NCBI GenBank assembly: GCA_049424145.1
Contig: JBMSSC010000037.1
Coordinates: 1 to 20,456, forward strand
From: Bdellovibrionia bacterium
GTDB lineage: Bacteria > Bdellovibrionota > UBA1018
Reading direction: 5' to 3'
Length of the DNA: 20,456 nt
The position numbers and the translations under genes are program-made. Below, piece by piece: positions 1-7,466 of the stretch. How positions within the stretch are numbered: position 1 is the stretch's first letter; each line of letters starts with the position of its first letter. A model generated the notes under the pieces. That model made no database searches. It was given only the letters and a program-made list of their open reading frames with translations, and was not told where the DNA came from.

Positions 1-144
1 TCCCAGTTACGGGCGTTGTCCCAGTTACGGGCGTTGTCCCAGTTACGGGCGTTGTTCCAGTTGCTGGCGTTGTTCCAGTTACGGGTGCTGTTCCAGTTAC
101 GGGTGCTGTTCCAGTTGCGGGCGTTATTCCAGTTGCGGGTGGAT
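1..144 (-). repeat. 18-bp coding tandem repeat, at least 8 units (T[C/T]CCAGTT[A/G]CGGG[C/T]GTTG-like)
   Basis: Units start at 1, 19, 37, 55, 73, 91, 109 and 127; the first three are identical. They encode TPVTGT/APVTGT/TPATGT on the minus strand. Confidence 0.95.
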
Positions 145-823
145 TTGCTCCTGTTGACGGTAAACCAGCGGAAGGGATCTCAGATGCAGCACGATTGCCG
201 GAATCCTTTTGAACCACGCCTAAAGATTGACGCAGAAAATTTTTCATCCGATTGACCTGCGGATTTTTTGGATTGTTGTTTGAGGCGGAAGAGTAGGCAT
301 CCAAGGCGTCTTTATACTTCTTTTGAAGGTAGTAGATTCCCCCTTCGATTTCATAGGGAGCAGCAAGATAGGGGGCCTCTTTTTGAACATCTTTCAGGAT
401 CGCCAGGGCTTCAGCTTGGCGTCCTTGTTTCGCCAGTCTCTGGCTTTCAAAGATGGAATCAATCATCAAATTGAGCCGACTTTGGTCCTCAAGGGATCCT
501 GCCAAGGGGAGATCAACATTTAAGAGCACGTCGACAAAGCTTGGGTCCGTGACAATGGCTCGCAGAGGAAGGTAACCGGGTTTTCTAAACTCAAAATACA
601 AAGGACCTGACCCAATATTAGAACGACTCAGTTCTGCCGAGCTTAAAGTCAATGGGGTCTGCCCAATGAGCTGGGGCTTACTGGAGCCTAAGGGTGCAAC
701 ATAGACTTCTGCTTCATTTGGGGTGCTTTGCAGGCTGATCTTAATCGAAGAGCAAGCTGTCTCAAGCACTCCTATGAGCAGTAGAATACGGGCAGATTTT
801 TTTATACGAAAGTCATTCAGCAT
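1..823 (-). CDS. Probable lipoprotein with PEGA-like domain, TPR repeats and C-terminal (T/A)P(V/A)TGT repeats; 3' end outside window
   Basis: Manual translation from ATG 823 (in-frame alternative ATG 856): MLNDFRIKKSARILLLIGVLETAC (signal ending in Cys), SLQSTPNEAEVYV...IGQTPL...FRKPGY (PEGA-like), AAPYEIEGGIYYLQKKYKDALDAYSSA...NPKN (TPR-like), then TPVTGT repeats. The frame is open to position 1. It is missing from the ORF track, probably because it has no stop in the window. Confidence 0.85.
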   Translation of the reverse strand, partial: MLNDFRIKKSARILLLIGVLETACSSIKISLQSTPNEAEVYVAPLGSSKPQLIGQTPLTLSSAELSRSNIGSGPLYFEFRKPGYLPLRAIVTDPSFVDVLLNVDLPLAGSLEDQSRLNLMIDSIFESQRLAKQGRQAEALAILKDVQKEAPYLAAPYEIEGGIYYLQKKYKDALDAYSSASNNNPKNPQVNRMKNFLRQSLGVVQKDSGNRAASEIPSAGLPSTGANPPATGITPATGTAPVTGTAPVTGTTPATGTTPVTGTTPVTGTTPVTG

Positions 824-937
824 AGTTGAAGACCTGTCTCGTCCTCCACTTCTCATCGTCTTTTCAACGCTGAGGCTTAACAGGCTTTTGAAAATCATGG
901 ACATTTCCGATAAGACCAATACAGAAAGAGGTTTCAT

Positions 938-1969
938 GTGATCATCGAAGTCAAAGATATTTGTAGATCATTTAAGTCCAGTAAAAAGGAAGAAGGGCTC
1001 AAGGGCGCTTTCAACCTCTTATTCAACCCCACCTATTCGGTTCACGAGGCACTTCAGTCGGTGAGCTTTCAGATTGAGGCCGGCTCATTTGTGGGCTTAA
1101 TCGGGGCCAATGGAGCAGGAAAAACGACACTGCTGAAAATTCTCTCAGGACTCATCCCTCCCAGTTCAGGTCATGTGCGGGTGTTAGGTACTGATCCGTC
1201 TGAGCGGAGTTTGGATTTTAGAAAGGCCATCGCTTTAGTGATGGGGCAAAAGGCTCAACTTTGGTGGGATCTACCGGCAATTGATGCCTTTGATCTTCTG
1301 AAGGCGATTTATGAGATCCCAGATTCTTTATATCAGGATCGTTTGAACCATCTGACTGAACTCTTGGATGTTAAACGCCATCTGAACACTCAGATTCGAC
1401 GCCTTTCCCTGGGTGAGCGCATGAAGATGGAGCTCATTGGAGCGATCCTGCATTGGCCCAAGGTGATTTTTCTCGATGAACCCACCATTGGGCTAGACGT
1501 ACTTGCCGCTCATAAACTGAGAGAGTTTCTGAAAGTCTTTAATGAGAAGGAAAAGTCCACCATCATTTTAACGAGTCATAATATGGATGACATTGAGAAG
1601 CTCTGCTCCCGCGTCCTCATCCTCAAATCAGGCTCGCTGATCTATGATGGCAAGCCTCAAGGGTTAACGCGTCATGAGGAGCGCCATCTCAAGATGCGGG
1701 TCCTGGAACCCATTTCATGCGAAGAGATGCGGGCTCTGACTCAAGTGCATGAGGGGGCATTGGATCAACAGGAGGACGAGCAGACCCATCAACCGACGTT
1801 CCACTTTCACATCAAAAACGATCAAATCATGAGTGTTCTTCAGAAAGTCATGAGTCGACTCACGATTGTGGACATGGGAATTGAGGAGCAAAGCTTAGAG
1901 AAGGTGATTCAAAACCTCTACTCTGAAGAAAAAGCTCAAATCAATCCACCGAAGCGGGAACTTGTATGA
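938..1969 (+). CDS. ABC transporter ATP-binding protein (ABC-2/DrrA-like)
   Basis: Walker A GANGAGKTT, signature LSLGERMK, Walker B IFLDEPT, H-loop TSHNM; AGAGG SD before GTG. Confidence 0.95.
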   Translation: MIIEVKDICRSFKSSKKEEGLKGAFNLLFNPTYSVHEALQSVSFQIEAGSFVGLIGANGAGKTTLLKILSGLIPPSSGHVRVLGTDPSERSLDFRKAIALVMGQKAQLWWDLPAIDAFDLLKAIYEIPDSLYQDRLNHLTELLDVKRHLNTQIRRLSLGERMKMELIGAILHWPKVIFLDEPTIGLDVLAAHKLREFLKVFNEKEKSTIILTSHNMDDIEKLCSRVLILKSGSLIYDGKPQGLTRHEERHLKMRVLEPISCEEMRALTQVHEGALDQQEDEQTHQPTFHFHIKNDQIMSVLQKVMSRLTIVDMGIEEQSLEKVIQNLYSEEKAQINPPKRELV

Positions 1970-2757
1970 ATATTCAATGGCGACTTGCGGCGTTAAAAAA
2001 TGGGTTTCAAGATGCGACGGCGTATCGATGGGAATTCCTGTTTGAAATTCTCGGTTCGGCATTCGTACCGGCCGCCATTCAGTGTGTGCTTTGGTATGCC
2101 TTGTTTGAGGTGGGAGGTGCCAAGGAAGTGGGGGGCATGAATTACGCTGATCTGGTCACTTACACGGGGATGAGTCTTTTATTTAGCCAAATCCGCGGAG
2201 GGGACCATGATTTTGAGCTTCAAGAGCTGATTCGCACGGGCCAATTGAGCAATTATCTACTCCGACCGGTGGGTGTGGTGGAGTTTATTTATATTCGTGG
2301 AGTAGCGCCCAGAATTTTTATTTCTTTTCTCTGTTTAATGATGGGAGTTGCCGCCAGTTATTTTCTCAATCTCTCCCCTGCTCGAATTCTAGGAGCCATG
2401 CTCCTCGCATTCTTGGGAAATGTCATTCATTACCAGATTGGAGCCACTCTTTCGACCTCAGCATTTTTTTTGGAAGAGGCCCATAGTGTTCTCATGGTGA
2501 AAAACATGGTCGTGAATTTACTCTCAGGAGAACTGATTCCCCTCAATCTCTTTCCTCCTTCGCTCCAATGGATCTGGAAAACCACGCCTTTTTATCTCTA
2601 CGTGTTTGCGCCCACTCAGTTTGCCCTAGGCAAAGCCACATTAGATGATTATTTTGGTCAACTAATGATATCCCTCCTCTGGCTTTTGGCGGGCTGGGCG
2701 GCTATTCGCTTGAGCTGGAGTGTGGGAATGAAACGATATGTGAGCCTAGGGGGTTAG
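1966..2757 (+). CDS. ABC-2 family permease (DUF990/ABC2_membrane_6-like)
   Basis: About 6 hydrophobic segments; IRTGQLSNYLLRP and LLSGELIPLNLFP motifs; ATGA overlap with the ATPase gene. Confidence 0.9.
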   Translation: MNIQWRLAALKNGFQDATAYRWEFLFEILGSAFVPAAIQCVLWYALFEVGGAKEVGGMNYADLVTYTGMSLLFSQIRGGDHDFELQELIRTGQLSNYLLRPVGVVEFIYIRGVAPRIFISFLCLMMGVAASYFLNLSPARILGAMLLAFLGNVIHYQIGATLSTSAFFLEEAHSVLMVKNMVVNLLSGELIPLNLFPPSLQWIWKTTPFYLYVFAPTQFALGKATLDDYFGQLMISLLWLLAGWAAIRLSWSVGMKRYVSLGG

Positions 2758-2762
2758 AGGCC

Positions 2763-3554
2763 ATGAAGATCCTTCATTATTTACGGATTTATCGGATTCA
2801 GATCAAAAACAATTTTGTTCGAGAGGCCGTTTATCGAACCAATTTTCTAACGGCCGTTACGGTGGATTTGATTTGGATGGCCGTGGAGGCGAGTCTCTTC
2901 TCGGTGATTTATGCAAATGTGCCCACGCTTGCCGGCTGGAGTAAGCCGCAGGTTTATTTTTTCCTTGGGATTTTCTTTGCATCCGATGCCCTATTTACGG
3001 TTTTCTTTCAACGAAACTACTGGGTGTTCTCGGACCTGGTGAACCGCGGGGACCTCGATATCTTGCTCACCAAGCCTGTGCATCCTTTGTTTTTAGCTTT
3101 ATCCCGATTCATTCATCTCACGGCGCTGCTCAATGCCGTACTTGGGCTCTTCATTGCATTTGAATTTGCAGAGGCTGCTGGGTTTGCAGGGGGCTGGCAT
3201 TGGCTGCTGGTGGGTTTTTGGCTTCTCATTGGTCTTCTGTCAGCGGTTTTATTGCGCTTCGTATTTGCCATCTCAGTGTTTTGGACAGAAAGAAGCTGGG
3301 CGATCTCCCGAATGTACTATCAGTTCTTTGCATTTGCGACGAAGCCCGACACGATTTATCCCAAGGCAATTGGCTATCTCATTAAGACGATTCTACCATT
3401 TGCCTTCATTGGGAGCGTGCCGGCCCGGGCCCTTCTTTTTGGTCTTCAGCCTGGGGAGTACGTGGGGCTAGTGAGTGTTCTTGGGGGTTTCTTCATTCTT
3501 GATCGTTTCTTATGGAAGAAGGCGCTTCTGAAGTACCAAAGTGCAAGCAGTTAG
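2763..3554 (+). CDS. ABC-2 family permease (DUF990/ABC2_membrane_6-like), second subunit
   Basis: YRTNF, VNRGDLDILLTKP, PDTIYP, LPFAFIGSVPA and C-terminal YQSASS motifs; GAGG SD. Confidence 0.9.
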   Translation: MKILHYLRIYRIQIKNNFVREAVYRTNFLTAVTVDLIWMAVEASLFSVIYANVPTLAGWSKPQVYFFLGIFFASDALFTVFFQRNYWVFSDLVNRGDLDILLTKPVHPLFLALSRFIHLTALLNAVLGLFIAFEFAEAAGFAGGWHWLLVGFWLLIGLLSAVLLRFVFAISVFWTERSWAISRMYYQFFAFATKPDTIYPKAIGYLIKTILPFAFIGSVPARALLFGLQPGEYVGLVSVLGGFFILDRFLWKKALLKYQSASS

Positions 3555-3578
3555 TTGAAAAGGGGTGGGTTTTGAATC

Positions 3579-3594
3579 GGTCGCCGTGGCGACC
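3579..3594. promoter_or_regulatory. 16-bp palindrome copy 1 (GGTCGCCGTGGCGACC), candidate parS; within a longer inverted repeat that might also terminate transcription
   Basis: Seen directly. Flanks TTTTGAA (3570-3576) and TTCAAAA (3595-3601) extend the stem; lies 24 bp after the ABC operon stop. Confidence 0.6.
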
Positions 3595-3692
3595 TTCAAA
3601 AAAATGGACCTATCCTCTCTCATGAGGCTCGAGGAAGTGGCTTAAAACGCAAGAGCTTGAGTCTTTGAACTAATAACCAATGGATTGATTCG

Positions 3693-3843
3693 TAGAATTT
3701 CATGATTTATAGAATTTCATGATCCTTTTCATTTAATGACCTGTAACAATGACCTGTAACAATGACCTGTAACAATGACCTGTAACAATGACCTGTAACA
3801 ATGACCTGTAGTAATGACTTATCTATCATGACTTATAGAATTT
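3693..3843. repeat. AT-rich direct repeats flanking the 13-mer array
   Basis: TAGAATTTCATGAT at 3693 and 3710; TCATGA[T/C]TTATAGAATTT at 3700-3717 and 3826-3843. Confidence 0.85.
3735..3812. repeat. Non-coding tandem array of the 13-mer AATGACCTGTAAC
   Basis: Five perfect units at 3735, 3748, 3761, 3774 and 3787, a sixth (AATGACCTGTAGT) at 3800, and a decayed AATGACTT at 3813. Confidence 0.97.
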
Positions 3844-4105
3844 ATTCCCAATACTCCTATCAACTTCTCTCCCTGCTTTCAGAATGGTTGAAGCCTACGG
3901 CTAAGGGAGGAATCGAAAAAAGGCTCCCAACTGAGGCAAGGCTCCCCCTTGCTCACAAAGGGTATGATCAGATCCTGCTGGAATCCACCTTGAGACCCTT
4001 GAGGTCTACCTATTTAAAAAAATGTTGATTGAAAAACCACCCCCAACTTTGAATCAAGGGATGAAAAAAAACTGACCGATCCTTCCATTATTCCTATTTT
4101 TAATC

Positions 4106-4121
4106 GGTCGCCATGGCGACC
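4106..4121. promoter_or_regulatory. 16-bp perfect palindrome copy 2 (GGTCGCCATGGCGACC), candidate parS/operator upstream of parA
   Basis: Seen directly. Shares the AATC 5' flank with copy 1; GC-rich core in T/A tracts; ends 91 bp before the parA ATG. Confidence 0.65.
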
Positions 4122-4212
4122 ATAAAAAAATCTTTCTAGTTTTTCAATGTAAGCATAAGATTTTAGCCATCTCGAGTATCGATCATCAATCAACCCATGG
4201 AGGTGGTTCAAA

Positions 4213-5202
4213 ATGGCTTCTTTCCGAGACATGCACTTTAGTGCCAGCGAATTCACAAAGATCGCAGGCATTGATAAATCAGCAATCCCGATTCTAGAGG
4301 AAAAAGGAATTTTAAAAACGGTAAAAAAGAAACTCGGCAACTCAGAACGCAAAATGATCCCTTTGGAGAGTTTACAGGGGTATTTTCATGCCATTCGTGA
4401 CGGTCGCCATGGCGACCTCTCCACTTTGTCCAGTTTAGCCTCGTTGCCTAAGCATCGAGTGCAAATGTTTTACAATGTGAAAGGCGGAACGGGAAAATCG
4501 ACACTGACTGCTCAATATGTAATGAAGGCTGCCATGCTGGGGCTTAAGGTCTTAGCGATCGATCTAGATGGCCAAGGGCACCTTACGGTGAACTTGGATG
4601 TTCTCGATGGACATGAAAGAGCCACCATCTATGACGTCCTGATTAATGATCTCCCCTTAGAAGAGGCGATCATGCCAGTGGCCCCCGGGCTAGATCTCAT
4701 TCCAGCCAACTTGGGTTTGTGCAATATTGAGATACCGCTCAATAATAAATCACGGAGAGAGTATCGCTTGTCTGAAGCAATTGCTCGAGTGGTTGACCAC
4801 TATGACTTGATCGTAGCGGACACGAATCCGGCAGCATCGATTCTCAATGGATCCATGCTGGTTGCCTCCCACCTCGTTAATGTGATTTGCGCGACTAACC
4901 CCCTCTCATTCCATGGAATGTCTTTAGTGATGGCCACCATTGAGGGATTGGAGCGAGAATTTCGACATCAGCTTGAAGTGAAGATTGTTCCTAATATGTA
5001 CGATAATCGGGAAGTCATTAGCCAGGAAGTTTTAGGGGAACTCCGAGCTCAGTTTCCAGATCACTGCACTCAAGCGGTGATCAATAAAAGCGCAGATCTC
5101 AACGAGGCCACCAAACGAAGAACCACCGTCTGGGATGTGAACACCAAAGGGGTCGCAGCTCAAGACATTCGCATGCTCACAGAAGAACTCTTATTTAGTT
5201 AA
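4213..5202 (+). CDS. parA: ParA family ATPase with N-terminal HTH extension (type Ia-like)
   Basis: Deviant Walker A KGGTGKST, A' IDLDGQGHLT, Walker B LIVADTNP, NMYDNR. The roughly 80-aa N-terminal extension FSASEFTKIAGIDKSAIPILEEKGIL resembles a MerR/winged HTH. GGAGGT SD. Confidence 0.92.
   Translation: MASFRDMHFSASEFTKIAGIDKSAIPILEEKGILKTVKKKLGNSERKMIPLESLQGYFHAIRDGRHGDLSTLSSLASLPKHRVQMFYNVKGGTGKSTLTAQYVMKAAMLGLKVLAIDLDGQGHLTVNLDVLDGHERATIYDVLINDLPLEEAIMPVAPGLDLIPANLGLCNIEIPLNNKSRREYRLSEAIARVVDHYDLIVADTNPAASILNGSMLVASHLVNVICATNPLSFHGMSLVMATIEGLEREFRHQLEVKIVPNMYDNREVISQEVLGELRAQFPDHCTQAVINKSADLNEATKRRTTVWDVNTKGVAAQDIRMLTEELLFS
4402..4417. promoter_or_regulatory. 16-bp perfect palindrome copy 3 inside parA
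   Basis: GGTCGCCATGGCGACC encodes GRHGD in the linker between the HTH and the ATPase domain. Confidence 0.6.
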
Positions 5203-5218
5203 TGGAAAGGAACGAATC

Positions 5219-6121
5219 ATGGAAGACATCAAAAAAGATGACCCAAACGCAGGTCGAATTAAAACACGACAAGGGAGTGGATACTTAAAGCAGCTCTACT
5301 CTACGGCAAAGACCACAGCAGGGACGACCCACTCTCACCTCAAGAATCTCACTACTTTTTTAGTCAACTTTATCCCTATTGAAAAGGTGGATGCATCCGA
5401 ACTTCAGGTGCGAGTGCATTTTGATGATGCTGAGATCCAAGCTCTATCCCAATCGATTCGAGAGCATGGGGTTTTACAGCCCATCCTAGTTGTCCAGGAT
5501 GGAGACCGATACAAAGTGATCGCCGGGGAGCGTCGACTCAGAGCAGCAAAAGCAGCGGAACTGGATCGAATCCCCGCCCGAGTCTTATCCACCAACGATA
5601 AGGCCACGCATGAGATTGCACTGCGAGAAAACTTGGATCGGGTGGATTTGCATCCAATCGAAGAAGGCGAAGGCTACGTTTCGCTTCTTGAAACCAAAGC
5701 CTACATCAGTCATGACGCGATTGCTAAGGCGTTTGGAAAGCCAAAGTCTCGAATCACGGAGTGCATTGGATTCACTCGGCTCTCTGAAACCACCAAACAG
5801 GAACTCCTGCGCACTGGGGTAAAAAACAGGGCTCTCCTTCGCCAGTTACTCACCTTGCCTGCGGACAAACAAGTCGAGCTGATTCAAGATGCAGTCGGCA
5901 AAGAAGAAGTGGTGGAGACTTTGCCACAAATTCCAGCCCCTGCCTCCAGCAAGGACCCAGCCCCCAAAGCGGCCCCAGCGAAACCCTTTGCTTACCGAGT
6001 CGATAAGAAAGGAGTATCTGTACCGAGCTTCAAGTGGAGAAAAAAAGACTCTCCTGAAGCTCTTCAGAACTACATTGCATCACTCAAGCGGTTGATCTCC
6101 GAGCTCGAGTCTTTCAGCTGA
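5219..6121 (+). CDS. parB: ParB/RepB/Spo0J family CTPase DNA-binding protein
   Basis: LSQSIREHGVLQPILV, IAGERRLRAA (CTP-binding GxxR motif), ENLDRVDLHPIEE, HTH SHDAIAKAFGKPKSRITECIG; 16 bp downstream of parA. Confidence 0.93.
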   Translation: MEDIKKDDPNAGRIKTRQGSGYLKQLYSTAKTTAGTTHSHLKNLTTFLVNFIPIEKVDASELQVRVHFDDAEIQALSQSIREHGVLQPILVVQDGDRYKVIAGERRLRAAKAAELDRIPARVLSTNDKATHEIALRENLDRVDLHPIEEGEGYVSLLETKAYISHDAIAKAFGKPKSRITECIGFTRLSETTKQELLRTGVKNRALLRQLLTLPADKQVELIQDAVGKEEVVETLPQIPAPASSKDPAPKAAPAKPFAYRVDKKGVSVPSFKWRKKDSPEALQNYIASLKRLISELESFS

Positions 6122-7359
6122 TTGAGGTTAACCCCGAGAACAGGCCAAGAGGACTGGGATCGTCTCTTTAAGTAGGAGAAAAACTCGTTGGTTCGAATCC
6201 TCCCACCGCTGGAGGCGTGACGGAAGAACAACTGGTTTTTCTCCTTAACCAAAAACCCCTGATGGGTGATGAGAACCGGGTGCTTAGGATGAGATCGGCG
6301 CACTAGGTTGATGATGGTTCCATCAGGAATTCGGCTTGCCACTTTTTTTAGGCTTTTTAAGTCAATATAGGGAACGGAGGAAATCTGTGGACTCGACTCG
6401 TCAGAGGGAGTCTCCACTGATGCCAATGCACGAGTATGTCCGAGCTTTTTAGCGTTTTGGACAAGCCATTGGGCACGATCCACCTTTTTTGAGGCCACTT
6501 GGATCTTCAGGCCGCCTTCTTTGGCAATGAGCTGGGTGATGTCCGTGAGCAGTCCTGATCTCTGGTTATTGGGAATCCAATCGGCTTCAGGAAAGTGATT
6601 TCGTGAGGCGTAGTTTGATTTGCCATCCTTGTATCGCAGCGACAGGAGGTTACCAACAAAGTCCCGCTCCCGTTCACTTCGAGAGAGCGCGGCGACGGTC
6701 TCAACGTAAGTGGTACAATCTAAGCTTGAAGGAACTAATGGCGCAACATCTTCAATACTGTAGCCTTCAGCAAGGTCTGCAATTTTTTTCTGATTCTCTG
6801 AATTGCCCTCAATGAAGGAGCTCCAGAACTTGACCCGCTCGGCAAAGGGTAACTTTTGAGCCAATTGAAACTCTTTTCCCAGAGGACCCAAGTTTTGCTT
6901 TTGAATCTCAGGGGCAGGCTGAGCGACAGAGTCACTGCCTGCTTGAGGACCTTTGGGACCTGCCGACGCAGGAGGAGGGGTGATGGGCTCAACCCCCTGG
7001 GGTGCCTGAGTCTGAGGTTGCGACGGAAGCATCAGCTGGGCCTGTTGCGCCTCTGGACTCGGCAGAGCGTCTGGGGAGTCTTTCCCTCTTGGAGGTTGCG
7101 ATAAAAAAACTGCTCCTAAAACCAACCCCACTGTTCCGATCGAAAATAGGGACCACTTCAGCGTGTCAAACTGAACCCGATGAACCCATTTTCTTAAAGC
7201 CCGGGGGCGAAGCGCATGACTTCGCTTTCGCTTTTCATCCATCATGGACTGGATCGACTTTTTTGAAGACAAGTCAGCTTTCTTTTTGGATTGAGTCTTC
7301 TTCCTTCGTAATCCTTCTGAACGCTTAGGCTTTTGCCTCTTCACCCCGAGTTTTGCCAT
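6070..7359 (-). CDS. Membrane-anchored DUF1460 (AmiA-like, NlpC/P60 superfamily) N-acetylmuramoyl-L-alanine amidase-like protein
   Basis: LDCTTYVETVAAL (catalytic Cys), LRYKDG...RNHF..DWI.NN, ITHQGF, FRHASS. Basic N-tail, one TM helix, Pro/Gln linker; GAGGGG SD. Confidence 0.85.
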   Translation of the reverse strand: MAKLGVKRQKPKRSEGLRRKKTQSKKKADLSSKKSIQSMMDEKRKRSHALRPRALRKWVHRVQFDTLKWSLFSIGTVGLVLGAVFLSQPPRGKDSPDALPSPEAQQAQLMLPSQPQTQAPQGVEPITPPPASAGPKGPQAGSDSVAQPAPEIQKQNLGPLGKEFQLAQKLPFAERVKFWSSFIEGNSENQKKIADLAEGYSIEDVAPLVPSSLDCTTYVETVAALSRSERERDFVGNLLSLRYKDGKSNYASRNHFPEADWIPNNQRSGLLTDITQLIAKEGGLKIQVASKKVDRAQWLVQNAKKLGHTRALASVETPSDESSPQISSVPYIDLKSLKKVASRIPDGTIINLVRRSHPKHPVLITHQGFLVKEKNQLFFRHASSGGRIRTNEFFSYLKRRSQSSWPVLGVNLNQLKDSSSEINRLSDAM

Positions 7360-7466
7360 TGGTTCCCCCTCAACTCCTCATCGGATAATACCTGACAAAA
7401 TTTAGATGTTTTTAGGAGCCTCATGGAAGCTTCTGGGGTTTAAAAAAATTTTCATTCCAGTAGGAT

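Noticed and set aside
16..941. + strand ORFs 16-255, 268-474, 323-523 and 723-941
   Set aside because: They are shadows of the minus-strand lipoprotein gene and its repeat.
3743..3755. 13-mer phase GTAACAATGACCT resembles matS (GTGACRNYGTCAC)
   Set aside because: Only about 9/13 positions match, it is not palindromic, and MatP is known from some gammaproteobacteria with dispersed rather than tandem sites.
3735..3812. CRISPR array
   Set aside because: The 13-bp units are contiguous with no spacers, and there are no cas genes in the window.
3555..4212. Chromosomal oriC (13-mers next to parAB)
   Set aside because: I found no convincing TTWTNCACA DnaA boxes, there is no dnaA/dnaN/mnmG context, and the sampled skew has terminus polarity.
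3801..4352. ORFs 3801-4028 (+) and 4014-4352 (-)
   Set aside because: The first starts inside the repeat array without an SD; the second is antisense to parA, and its GRHGD comes only from the palindrome. Neither has a recognisable domain.
3555..6121. Intact integrated plasmid or prophage
   Set aside because: No integrase, rep, transfer or phage genes and no att-like flanking repeats were seen; parB overlaps a resident gene. Ancient plasmid ancestry remains possible.
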